DNA of 64,000 bases from Pristiophorus japonicus. Lineage: Eukaryota. Location of the stretch: the NCBI RefSeq assembly GCF_044704955.1, contig NC_091982.1, positions 54,312,001 to 54,376,000 on the forward strand. The letters run 5' to 3'. Both the position numbers and the translations under genes were made by a program. Every line of letters begins with the position of its first letter. Within the stretch, counting starts at the first letter, position 1. The notes beneath the pieces were generated by a model. The model was not told where the DNA came from. It did not search any database and was given only the letters and a program-made list of their open reading frames with translations. Positions 48,265-59,719 of the stretch are shown piece by piece.

Positions 48265-50990
48265 CTCGCATCAGCCCCCGGCCAGGGGCTCGACCCTCGT
48301 ATGTGGGTCAACGCATCGTTAGGGAGCCGGCGGTGCGACATGTTAATTGATACGGGTGCATCGGTGTCCCTGACCAACCTTGACCTGCCCACAACCCGAC
48401 GATCAATTATTGTACAGGGAGTGGGAGGAAACCAAACCGTTGCATATCAGAGTGAATACCAATTACTGGAAGTAGGTGGCATTATGTTACCAGTACAGTT
48501 CTGGGTATGTCCAAACACGGAGGGTACCATATTACGGATAGATTTGTTGAATGAGTTAGGCACGATAGTAGACGCCCGAAATAGACAAGTAATTTGGATG
48601 GCGAGAAAGGGACATAAAGACAAAATTACCGGAAAATGGGTCCCAGTGAAGAATGTAGCCACCGTAGGTAGTGCGGCTAAGTCAACCAGGGACTGGACTA
48701 AAGATGGGATGTTAGGATCAATATGTCAAACTCTGCCTGATATCTGGGCGAAAGACAAACAGGACTGCGGACTTATTAATATATTACCAGAAAAGATCAA
48801 AGGGCCAACTCACCCTCCCCACAAGCAGTACCCGATTAAACCTGAAGCCATATGGGCCACTGAGATAATCATAAGAGACCTGGTAGAACAAGGTATATTA
48901 AGACAAACAGTATCGGTCACAAACTCCCCAATATGGCCGGTGAAAAAGCCCGATGATAGCTACCGATTAACCATAGACTATACTGCCCTGAATAAAGTGA
49001 CCCCCAAAGTACACCCAATCGTAGCCAGTCCGGCCACGATCTTTAACAGCCTGAGTCCGGAACACAAGGTCTTTACCGTCCTGGACATTGCTAATGGATT
49101 CTGGTCGATCCCATTGGATCTCGAGTCCCAGGAAAAGTTCGCTTTCACTTCCCAGGGCAAGCAGTATACGTGGACTCGACTCCCTCAAGGGTTCCACAAC
49201 AGCCCAAACATTTTCCATCGAGTCATGAGCGGGGCCCTGAAAGAATGCGATCTAACACCGTACAACAGTACGATCCTACAAACGTGGATGACATTCTCAT
49301 AGCCTCGTCAAATGACCAAGAGCATCTGGGCGTCCTAACAGCGGTATTGAGAATGTTAGAGAAGGCAGGATTTAAGATAAATCCGAGGAAAGCACAAATT
49401 GGACAGACTAGAGTACGATACTTGGGACACGACATTAGTCAAGGAACCAAGACTCTCCTGACAGATCGGAAAATGGCGATTGCCGACATGCCTCGACCCA
49501 CCACGATGCGGGGCGTACGGCGTGTGATGGGGCTGTTCAACTACTGTAGGAGTTTCATTTCCCAGTTCGCAACAATCGCAGAACCTATTCAGCATCTAGT
49601 CAAGGGTGGAAAACCCGGAAAGATCAGGTAGGTGGGGAGTGGAACAGGGAGAAGCCTATGAACAGTTAAAAGCTGGGCTGCTGTTAGCCCCTGCTCTAAA
49701 GTTACCAGACATTTCCAAATCATTCCACGCGTATTACAACCTGGAAGGGGGCTTTTACAACGCTGTAGTGACCCAAGAAAAGGGGGGGTGCAATGAGACC
49801 TGTAGCGTATTACTCCACACATGAGTCCCCGGTAGTAAAGGGACTCCATCGATGCGTAGCGGCCCTCGATTTTGCAGCCTGGGCTGCAAGAATATGTGAG
49901 CCTGTGACAATGTCCGGACAGTTGGTTATACACACTAAGCATACTATACTGGAATTGCTGAACACTGGAAGGTTAAAAACGGTGTCAGATGCCCGACGGA
50001 CTATGTGGGAAGCGGTATTGGTACCCAAAGATCAGCCAGTACAAATAAGGGATGTAGGGTTTAACCCAGCCGAAGGAATGGTGACTGAAGGCGAGCCCCA
50101 CCAATGTCAGATAGAGATAGATCAGGGAGTGGAGGGAGAAATAGCCGATGAACCCCTGACCAACCCCGACCTGACCCTTTACGTCGACGGATCCCGTCGG
50201 TACATCAACGGGCAGTTTCGGACTGGATGGGCCGTGGTAGACCAAGATGGGACCACACTCCTGCTGGGAGGGTTGGAAGGGACAGTATCGGCTCAGGTAG
50301 CCGAACTGGTGGCGCTAACAGAAGCCCTGAAACTAGCAGAGGGAAAGCGCGTGAACATCTTCACGGATAGTCGATACGCGTTTGGGGTGGTTCACGACTA
50401 TATGACAGCTTGGAATAGACGGGGATATATAACATCGGGAGGGAGACATATTAAACACGAGAATGTAGTCCGAGAACTAGTAAAAGCCGTCAAGTATCCT
50501 CTCACAGCGGCTGTAATAAAAATTAAGGCTCACCAGAAGATCGAAAGCAAAGAGCAACGGGGAAACATGTTAGCAGACCAAGCAGCCCGAAGCGCTGCGG
50601 AAGAGGCTGAGCCTCAGACTATCCCAGTAGCCACGATAGGGCCAGAGGAACTAAATATTCAGAAGATACAGGAAAAAAGGGGGCGGTAAAGGGGGGAGAC
50701 GCTGTATGGAGAAAGGGAAGACAGGTAGTGGCCCCATCATCTATCCAGGCCGAGCTACTTAAATTACACCATGAACCGGACCATGCCGGGAGGGATGGGA
50801 CATTAAGTCGTTTAACGAAGGACTGGTGGTGGGCGGGAATAGGACGAGATATAGCGAAGCATTGCCAGCGATGCCTAATATGCGGGCAACATAACCCCGG
50901 AAAACCTATAAAGGCTAAATTGGGACATCAGCCGCGTCCTAAAGGACCGTGGGAAAACTTACAGATTGATTTCACCGAACTGTTGCCCAA
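48265..50990 (+). pseudogene. pol: ERV pol: PR-RT-tether-RNase H-integrase N-terminus, frameshifted
   Basis: LIDTGA, NSPIWPVKK, LPQGFHNSP, frameshifted (Y)VDD, RPVAYYS, YVDGS / SAQVAEL / TDSRY, HHCC and QIDFT. Confidence 0.92.
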
Positions 50991-51737
50991 CATAAGAACA
51001 TAAGAACATAATAATTAGGAACAGGAGTAGGCCATCTAGCCCCTCGAGCCTGCTCCGCCATTCAACAAGATCATGGCTGATCTGGCCGTGGACTCAGCTT
51101 CACTTACCTGCCCGCTCCCTGTAGCCCTTAATTCCCTTATTGGTTAAAAATCTATCTATCTGTGATTTGAATACATTCAATGAGCTAGCCTCAGCTGCTT
51201 CCTTGGGCAGAGAATTCCACAAATTCACAACCTTCTGGAAGAAGAAATTCCTTCTCAACTCTGTTTTAAATTGGCTCCCCCGTATTTTGAGGCTGTGCCC
51301 CCTAGTTCTAGTCTCCCCGACCATTGGAAACAACCTCTCTGCCTCTATCTTGTCTATCCCTTTCATTATTTTAAATGTTTCTATAAGATCACCCCTCATC
51401 CTTCTGAACTCCAACGAGTAAAGACCCAGTCTACTCAATCTATCATCATAAGGTAACCCCTCATCTCCAGAATCAGTCTAGTGAATCGTCTCTGTACCCC
51501 CTGCCAAACCTTAGCCCATTCGCTTAACCTATCTAAATCTCTTTGAAGCCTCTCTGTGTCCTCTACACAACCCGCTTTCCCACTAATCTTTGTGTCATCT
51601 GCAAATTTTGTTACACTACACTCTGTCCCCTCTTCCAGGTCATCTATGTATATTGTAAACAGTTGTGGTCCCAGCACCGATCCCTGTGGCACACCATTAA
51701 CCATCGATTTCCAACCCGAAAAGGACCATTTATCCCG
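50989..51737 (-). mobile_element. CR1 3' part, inverted copy with an internal deletion
   Basis: Tail aacataagaacataagaacataat; [10 protein letters not shown] and KFADD. Confidence 0.9.
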
Positions 51738-51762
51738 AATCACCAAACAATATTTCTTCCCC

Positions 51763-52713
51763 CTGCAGATAACACAAAGATTAGTGGGAAAGCAGGTTGT
51801 GTAGAGGACACAGAGAGGCTGCAAAGAGATTTAGATAGGTTAAGCGAATGGGCTAAGGTTTGGAAGATGGAATACAATGTCGGAAAGTGTGAGGTCATCC
51901 ACCTTGGGAAAATAAACAGTAAAAGGGAATATTATTTGAATGGGGAGAAATTACAACATGCTGCGGTGCAGAGGGACCTGAGGGTCCTTGTGCATGAATC
52001 CCAAAAAGTTAGTTTGCAGGTGCAGCAGGTAATCAGGAAGGCGAATGGAATGTTGGCCTTCATTGCGAGAGGGATGGAGTACCAAAGCAGGGAGGTCCTG
52101 CTGCAACTGTATAGCTGTATAGCATATTGGTGAGGCCGAACCTGGAGTACTGCGTGCAGTTTTGATCACCTTATTTAAGGAAGGATATACTAGCTTTGGA
52201 GAGGGTACAGAGACGATTCACTAGGCTGATTCCGAAGATGAGGGGTTACCTTATGATGATAGATTGAGTAGACTGGGTCTTTACTCGTTGGAGTTCAGAA
52301 GGATGAGGGGTGATCTTATAGAAACATTTAAAATAATGAAAGGGATAGACAAGATAGAGGCAGAGAGGTTGTTTCCAATGGTCGGGGAGACTAGAACTAG
52401 GGGGCACAGCCTCAAAATACGGGGGAGCCAATTTAAAACCGAGTTGAGAAGGAATTTCTTCTCCCAGAGAGTTGTGAATCTGTGGAATTCTCTGCCCAAG
52501 GAAGCAGCTGAGGCTAGCTCATTGAATGTATTCAAATTACAGGTAGATAGATTTTTAACCAATAAGGGAATTAAGGGCTACGGGGAGTGGGCAGGTAAGT
52601 GGAGCTGAGTCCACGGCCAGATCAGCCATGATCTTGTTGAATGGCGGAGCAGGCTCGAGGGGCTAGACGGCCTACTCCTGTTCCTAATTATTATGTTTGT
52701 ATGTTCTTATGTT
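51763..52713 (+). mobile_element. CR1 3' part
   Basis: RT C-terminus and tail ending gttcttatgtt. Confidence 0.9.
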
Positions 52714-55713
52714 GGGCAACGGTTCGGTGAAATCAATCTGTAAGTTTTCCCACGGTCCTTTAGGACGCGGCTGATGTCCCAATTTAGCCTTTATAGGTTT
52801 TCCGGGGTTATGTTGCCCGCATATTAGGCATCGCTGGCAATGCTTCGCTATATCTCGTCCTATTCCCGCCCACCACCAGTCCTTCGTTAAACGACTTAAT
52901 GTCCCATCCCTCCCGGCATGGTCCGGTTCATGGTGTAATTTAAGTAGCTCGGCCTGGATAGATGATGGGGCCACTACCTGTCTTCCCTTTCTCCATACAG
53001 CGTCTCCCCCCTTTACCGCCCCCTTTTTTCCCCACTCGGACTGTTCTTCCAGGCTACTTTCCTCCTGTATCTTCTGAATATTTAGTTCCTCTGGCCCTAT
53101 CGTGGCTACTGGGATAGTCTGAGGCTCAGCCTCTTCCGCAGCGCTTCGGGCTGCTTGGTCTGCTAACATGTTTCCCCGTTGCTCTTTGCTTTCGATCTTC
53201 TGGTGAGCCTTAATTTTTATTACAGCCGCTGTGAGAGGATACTTGACGGCTTTTACTAGTTCTCGGACTATATTCTCGTGTTTAATATGTCTCCCTCCCG
53301 ATGTTATATATCCCCGTCTATTCCAAGCTGTCATATAGTCGTGAACCACCCCAAACGCGTATCGACTATCCGTGAAGATGTTCACGCGCTTTCCCTCTGC
53401 TAGTTTCAGGGCTTCTGTTAGCGCCACCAGTTCGGCTACCTGAGCCGATACTGTCCCTTCCAACCCTCCCAGCAGGAGTGTGGTCCCATCTTGGTCTACC
53501 ACGGCCCATCCAGTCCGAAACTGCCCGTTGATGTACCGACGGGATCCGTCGACGTAAAGGGTCAGGTCGGGGTTAGTCAGGGGTTCATCGGCTATTTCTC
53601 CCTCCACTCCCTGATCTATCTCTATCTGACATTGGTGGGGCTCGCCTTCAGTCACCATTCCTTCGGCTGGGTTAAACCCTACATCCCTTATTATCTGTAC
53701 TGGCTGATCTTTGGGTACCAATACCACTTCCCACATAGTCCGTCAGGCATCTGACACCGTTTTTAACCTTCCAGTGTTCAGCAATTCCAGTATAGTATGC
53801 TTAGTGTGTATAACCAACTGTCCGGACATTGTCACAGGCTCACATATTCTTGCAGCCCAGGCTGCAAAATCGAGGGCCGCTACGCATCGATGGAATCCCT
53901 TTACTACCGGGGACTCATGTGTGGAGTAATACGCTACAGGTCTCATTGCACCCCCCGTTTCTTGGGTCACTACAGCGTTGTAAAAGCCCCCTTCCAGGTT
54001 GTAATACGCGTGGAATGATTTGGAAATGTCTGGTAACTTTAGAGCAGGGGCTAACAGCAGCCCAGCTTTTAACTGTTCATAGGCTTCTCCCTGTTCCACT
54101 CCCCACTCTACCTGATCTTTCCGGGTTTTCCACCCTTGACTAGATGCTGAATAGGTTCTGCGATTGTTGCGAACTGGGAAATGAAACTCCTACAGTAGTT
54201 GAACAGCCCCATCACACGCCGTACGCCCCGCATCGTGGTGGGTCGAGGCATGTCGGCAATCGCCATTTTCCGATCTGTCAGGAGAGTCTTGGTTCCTTGA
54301 CTAATGTCGTGTCCCAAGTATCGTACTCTAGTCTGTCCAATTTGTGCTTTCCTCGGATTTATCTTAAATCCTGCCTTCTCTAACATTCTCAATACCGCTG
54401 TTAGGACGCCCAGATGCTCTTGGTCATTTGACGAGGCTATGAGAATGTCATCCACGTTTGTAGGATCGTACTGTTGTACGGTGTTAGATCGCATTCTTTC
54501 AGGGCCCCGCTCATGACTCGATGGAAAATGTTTGGGCTGTTGTGGAACCCTTGAGGGAGTCGAGTCCACGTATACTGCTTGCCCTGGGAAGTGAAAGCGA
54601 ACTTTTCCTGGGACTCGAGATCCAATGGGATCGACCAGAATCCATTAGCAATGTCCAGGACGGTAAAGACCTTGTGTTCCGGACTCAGGCTGTTAAAGAT
54701 CGTGGCCGGACTGGCTACGATTGGGTGTTCTTTGGGGGTCACTTTATTCAGGGCAGTATAGTCTATGGTTAATCGGTAGCTATCATCGGGCTTTTTCACC
54801 GGCCATATTGGGGAGTTTGTGACCGATACTGTTTGTCTTAATATACCTTGTTCTACCAGGTCTCTTATGATTATCTCAGTGGCCCATATGGCTTCAGGTT
54901 TAATCGGGTACTGCTTGTGGGGAGGGTGAGTTGGCCCTTTGATCTTTTCTGGTAATATATTAATAAGTCCGCAGTCCTGTTTGTCTTTCGCCCAGATATC
55001 AGGCAGAGTTTGACATATTGATCCTAACATCCCATCTTTAGTCCAGTCCCTGGTTGACTTAGCCGCACTACCTACGGTGGCTACATTCTTCACTGGGACC
55101 CATTTTCCGGTAATTTTGTCTTTATGTCCCTTTCTCGCCATCCAAATTACTTGTCTATTTCGGGCGTCTACTATCGTGCCTAACTCATTCAACAAATCTA
55201 TCCGTAATATGGTACCCTCCGTGTTTGGACATACCCAGAACTGTACTGGTAACATAATGCCACCTACTTCCAGTAATTGGTATTCACTCTGATATGCAAC
55301 GGTTTGGTTTCCTCCCACTCCCTGTACAATAATTGATCGTCGGGTTGTGGGCAGGTCAAGGTTGGTCAGGGACACCGATGCACCCGTATCAATTAACATG
55401 TCGCACCGCCGGCTCCCTAACGATGCGTTGACCCACATACGAGGGTCGAGCCCCTGGCCGGGGGCTGATGCGAGTCATTGGGGCCGCGTCTGTTGCCGGG
55501 TTAGCTGCCGTATAATGTCCAACAGCTGCTGGCTCCCCAGTTTACTTGCGTCTATCGTTTTCTCATCAGATACCTGTTTCTTTCTTCGTACCGGGTAGGG
55601 TCCCTGTCCCTCCCGTCCGCCTCCCTCTGCCCAACAATCCTTCATCTTATGTCCCATTTTACTACAGTTCTGACACTTTTTGTGAGTCTCCCACTTTGGG
55701 GCTTTATATTCTA
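52712..55713 (-). pseudogene. pol: Inverted duplicate of the ERV gag end and pol (mirror of 48026-50990)
   Basis: ORFs 54437-55438, 54108-54569 and 52684-53736 are near-identical to the plus-strand copies. Confidence 0.95.
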
Positions 55714-55764
55714 TAGAGATGGCCTACTCCTGTTCCTAATTATTATGTTCTTATTTTCTTATGT
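55714..55764 (+). mobile_element. Third copy of the CR1 tail
   Basis: gatggcctactcctgttcctaattattatgttcttat, followed directly by ERV integrase C-terminal sequence. Confidence 0.8.
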
Positions 55765-55960
55765 CGAGAGCCAAGACCAGGGCACGACCGAACCTCGCCT
55801 GCCACAGGTAGGGGATAAAGTCCTGGTACAAGTCACCACTGAACACACGGGATTTGCCCCAAGATGGAGCCTTATGACATAATCTTAACTAGTGACACAT
55901 GAGCATGTATTGATATGAAAGGGAAGGGCCGGTGGAAGCACTGGTCCCAGTTGAAGAGAT
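55765..55960 (+). pseudogene. ERV integrase C-terminal remnant
   Basis: LPQVGDKVLVQV...FAPRW (GPY/F-type region); catalytic core deleted. Confidence 0.65.
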
Positions 55961-55972
55961 ATAACTAAAACC

Positions 55973-56164
55973 ATGTCGGACCCCGAAATTGTGCCCCTCA
56001 GGGAGACTGCCTGGTACGTGGCTAGATACCAGGAGTGGCAAAATGCATTAAAGAATGGAATGTTTGCAGGCATAATGGTGGCCCTAATATTGGTAGGAGT
56101 ATGGACGGTATTTAGATGGGTTACCGGGCAAGCCCGAGTTCGACCTGCATTAGTCCAGGACTGA
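55973..56164 (+). CDS. 63-aa single-pass membrane protein, putative retroviral accessory ORF
   Basis: aaaaccATG context; hydrophobic GMFAGIMVALILVGVWTVF followed by basic residues; lies between IN and env. Confidence 0.55.
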   Translation: MSDPEIVPLRETAWYVARYQEWQNALKNGMFAGIMVALILVGVWTVFRWVTGQARVRPALVQD

Positions 56165-56339
56165 TGACCATATAGACAAGGACAGGTAGTGATTGAGATG
56201 GTACGGCTATGAAAAGTATGGATAACCTAATCTTCACCTCTAATTTTACAGAACTACTTCGGCGCGAGCAAATCAGTACCTAACACTTGGTGATGACCAG
56301 GCAATCTGTTTGAAGTTTTCAGATAAACCACCCACCAAG

Positions 56340-57364
56340 ATGGGATCGCAGTGGCCACTTTACCTCTGCAGCATGACACTAGGGATCTCGACACTCATAC
56401 AAGCGTCAGATAACTCGGATGGTCTATGAAGGATGCAGCAAACGCAGGAAAGACACACTTACCCGAACTATGGGATCTTGTTTAATTTAACTGACGAGAT
56501 ATGCATCCCAGCAGCCAAAGACTGGAGCAAGGACAGAACTTATTTTAATGCTTGGCTGCAGGTACACTCGAGCAAGGATACAGTATGCGTACACTGCTCC
56601 ACTGATACCAGGGTCAACTGTATCAGAAGAGAGGAGGCTCGGGGATCCGCTAAGTGTACTTTCGGGATAATTTGCGCGCCCACTGTTAAGCCCCAACCGG
56701 CGGGCACGTACAGAAAGGGGGTGGGGGTAGGTGGCTATTATGAGGTGGTAGGAGCAGCCGCTGTATCTTTGTACGTATGTTTTTCACCACCTCCGACATC
56801 GCGTTCCATAGCGACCTTCACCTCGCCCGAAATCTTACCATGCCCCTCAACCACAATGGGACCGCAGAACAGGATTGTATTACTTAACGAAGGTGAACTA
56901 TTATATGATAATGTTAAGCATGAAATTGTGCTGGTTCTGATCAATATCTCAGGTGTACAAATGCCGGAATATTGTACAGAACAGGCAAGGAAGACGTATA
57001 GTGTATTAAGTAAGGTTGTAATGCAGCAGGCTGCTGATGCCGTGGGCGTCAGTAGGTTCCGAGGACAAGGGCAGGTGCATAGGAATAAGATTGAGATACT
57101 GGAGAAAGACACCGACACAGAGCTGCAGGATGAAAGTTGGTGGAGGAGGGTTTGGAACTGGGGCTGAATGTCAACATCCACCTCTGGATTCGAATTATAT
57201 CACATACACTGGTCGGAATACAGTTAGTCCTAGCATTAACATGGGGTGTCATGGCTTGCCGGTCCTGCAGACATTATGTGCAACAACGGAGGTTTAGCAC
57301 CAAAGCTCAGATAAGCAAGGAAGACTGTGTGACAGGCGATTCGAACAATATCAATTTGATCTAA
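56340..57364 (+). pseudogene. env: ERV env, internally deleted
   Basis: Acceptor ctaattttacag at 56251; signal peptide MGSQWPLYLCSMTLGISTLIQA in frame with 56433-57167 across one TGA; Cys-rich region, RNK site, WW..W, then a TM segment after a frameshift. Confidence 0.7.
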
Positions 57365-57506
57365 ACAACTGGGACTCCTGAAATCGCGTGACTGGCTAGC
57401 ACGTTGAAGCAGGGAGTACCAGGTGATACAAAAACATAAATAATATAAAATAAATTAGTGTTGGTTTCAGGGGGCTAGGACTAGCCCTTTTACCGAAAGG
57501 GGGGAT

Positions 57507-58328
57507 TGTTGAAGAGTGTTTCCATAGAGCAAAGGCACCTTTGGCATAATGTTAGAATTAAATATGTGTGTAATGTTAGAATTAAATATGTCTGTATAAA
57601 ATGCTGGCAGGATATGTATGAAGATGGCTGCCAGTGATTCAGCAAAGCACCATGGGAGTGCAGCTAGCAGAAGGGACCACATTCCTAGCTACTGATAATT
57701 GCCGTTTCTCACACAGGAATACACAGAAAAGACGAGCTCAGCAGATGTCTCTAATCAACAGGCTTCCAGGCCCCATAGAAGATGTCCCGGTCAAATGATA
57801 GAACAATGCGATTCCTGTAACAGGAGTAAGATATGGAAACTACCCAAAGAGAGCACCCAAGAACAGTAAGATAAGGGGAGGCCTGGACAATGTCACAAGA
57901 CCATGAGTAACCCTTAGCAACACATGAGGCGATCACGCAGCCACCTAATGTTTAGATACCAATTGTATTGGTTTAATTGAATCTATATGTAATCTATAAT
58001 CAATATGATTGGATAGTGTCCAGCCGAAATGGGCTGATGTAACTGTAGTGAACTGTTGTAAAACATATAAAAATCCATGAAATCCTTTGTTCAGTGGAGA
58101 GAGGTGCCTTGATGAACCAGTGGCTTCATCTCCCCCCAGGCGTAATAAACTGTTTTGGTGTATGGAACCGACCCAGAGTGACGAGTGATTCTTGGAGGGA
58201 ACATACACCAAAATGGTTTATTACGCCGGCGGGGAGATGAAGCCACTGGTTCATCCAGGCACCTCTCTCCGCTGACCAAAAGGATTTCATGGATTTTTAT
58301 ATGTTTTACAACAACATTCGCGCTGACA
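57507..58328 (+). promoter_or_regulatory. ERV 3' LTR with a 112-bp internal inverted duplication
   Basis: Matches the 5' LTR; 58202-58313 mirrors 58054-58163. Confidence 0.9.
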
Positions 58329-58352
58329 CTAATTAAAAAATTTAATAATAAT

Positions 58353-59117
58353 GGGCCTGAAATTCCAATATCCCGGGTCCGTACGAAGTTTCAACGGACC
58401 CGGGAAGGCATCGAAAAAGCCGGTTTTCAGTGCGCAATGCGCATACGCTGAAAACCGGCTTTTCCGATATGTCAAGTTTCTGACTTGACAGATCTCGCGC
58501 ATATCAGGAGCAAGGACACTTGCAGGGCAAGATTTGTGATATTTACGTATATCTTGCCCAGCAAATGTCCTCAAAAATCTTGCGCCTGAAAAAGCAGGCG
58601 TACAGCCTATTTTTACAGGCGCAAGTGTTTAAAAACATACGTAAACATTAAAATTAAATTAAATAAACACATATGAAAACATATTTTATTGTTAAATACC
58701 CTCTCCACTATGGTAAGTTTATTTTAAGGCATAATTTAAAAAAAACATTTTAATGTCGGGAAAATATATTTTTTTATAAGAACTGTAATTTAAATGAATC
58801 TTAAATATGTGGCATATTTTTCTATTTTTTTATTAGTGTTTTTTGTGTTTGGGGGTGTTTCTCATTCATAATAATGGGAACTCCAACTTACGGAGTTACA
58901 ATTATTATGAATGAGAAAATACTGTACCTTGATTGGCTGCCCAGAGCCATGTGACTCCAGCTCCAGCATTCGTACGTCACAACGTGCACACGCTCCCATG
59001 TGTAGGGAGTGAAGGCCTCAGGATCGGAAGTTCGAGCGGGCGCAGCAGGAACAAGTAGGTGCACATCTTTTTTAAGTCGATTGCCTGCGGGAAGAGCTCG
59101 ACCGGGATTTCTAGGCC
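58353..59117. mobile_element. Harbinger-like MITE
   Basis: Termini gggcctgaaatt / gatttctaggcc, flanks aat/att, interrupts the CR1. Confidence 0.6.
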
Positions 59118-59349
59118 ATTGTTAGATTAACAGAAGAGGCTTATAGTGTTGCAAAGAATAGTAGTAAGCCTCAGGATTGGGAGAGCTTTAGAAACCAGCA
59201 AAAGATGACCAAAAAAATGATAAAAAGGGAGAAAATAGAATATGATAGGTTCTCTAGATTGATTCCTGGGATGAGGGGGTTGGCCTATCACGAGAGATTG
59301 ATAGGCCTATACTCTCTGGAGTTTGGAAGAATGAGAGGTGATCTCATTG

Positions 59350-59715
59350 AAAGAAAGAAAAAAAGAAGGAAAAAAGGAAAGAAAGAAAGAAAGAAAGGAA
59401 GAAAGAAAAAAATAAAGACTTGCATTAATATACTGCCTTTCATGACCACCGGACATCTCAAAGCTCTTTAAAGCCAATGAAGTACTTTTGGAATGTAGTC
59501 ACTGTTGTAATATGGGAAACGCGGCAGCCAATTTGCGCCCAGCAACTCCCACAAACAGCAATGTTATAATGACTAGATAAATGTTTTTTGTTATGATGGT
59601 TGACCAGGACACCAGGGATGACTCCCCTGCTCTACCTCGAAATAGTGCCATGGGATCTTTTACGTCCACCTGAGAAAGCAGACGGTATCTAATTTTAATG
59701 TCTCACCCAAAAGAC
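59350..59715 (-). mobile_element. Deu-domain SINE with (GAAA)n tail
   Basis: Reverse of the core and tail. Confidence 0.75.
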
Positions 59716-59719
59716 AGGT

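Larger units (their letters stand above)
45556..58328 (+). mobile_element. Endogenous retrovirus (lokiretrovirus-like), rearranged
   Basis: LTRs 45556-46270 and 57507-58328, TSD CTAAC/CTAAT, PBS, PPT gaaagggggga 57495-57505, gag-pol-ORF-env order. Confidence 0.92.
43880..59350 (+). mobile_element. CR1 (ORF1 esterase and APE) hosting a solo LTR, the ERV and a MITE; pieces 43880-45555, 58329-58352, 59118-59350
   Basis: ORF1 SGNH motifs, APE LNARSI / IAITETW / VGDF / SDHN; PWLT at the ERV insertion site continues as EEAY...KP.DWE after 59118. Confidence 0.85.

Noticed and set aside
48026-55713. Palindrome as a pure assembly or read fold-back artefact
   Set aside because: The arms carry private substitutions and indels (e.g. 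a ~31-bp deletion only in the left arm) and the junctions are coherent; long-read confirmation is still desirable
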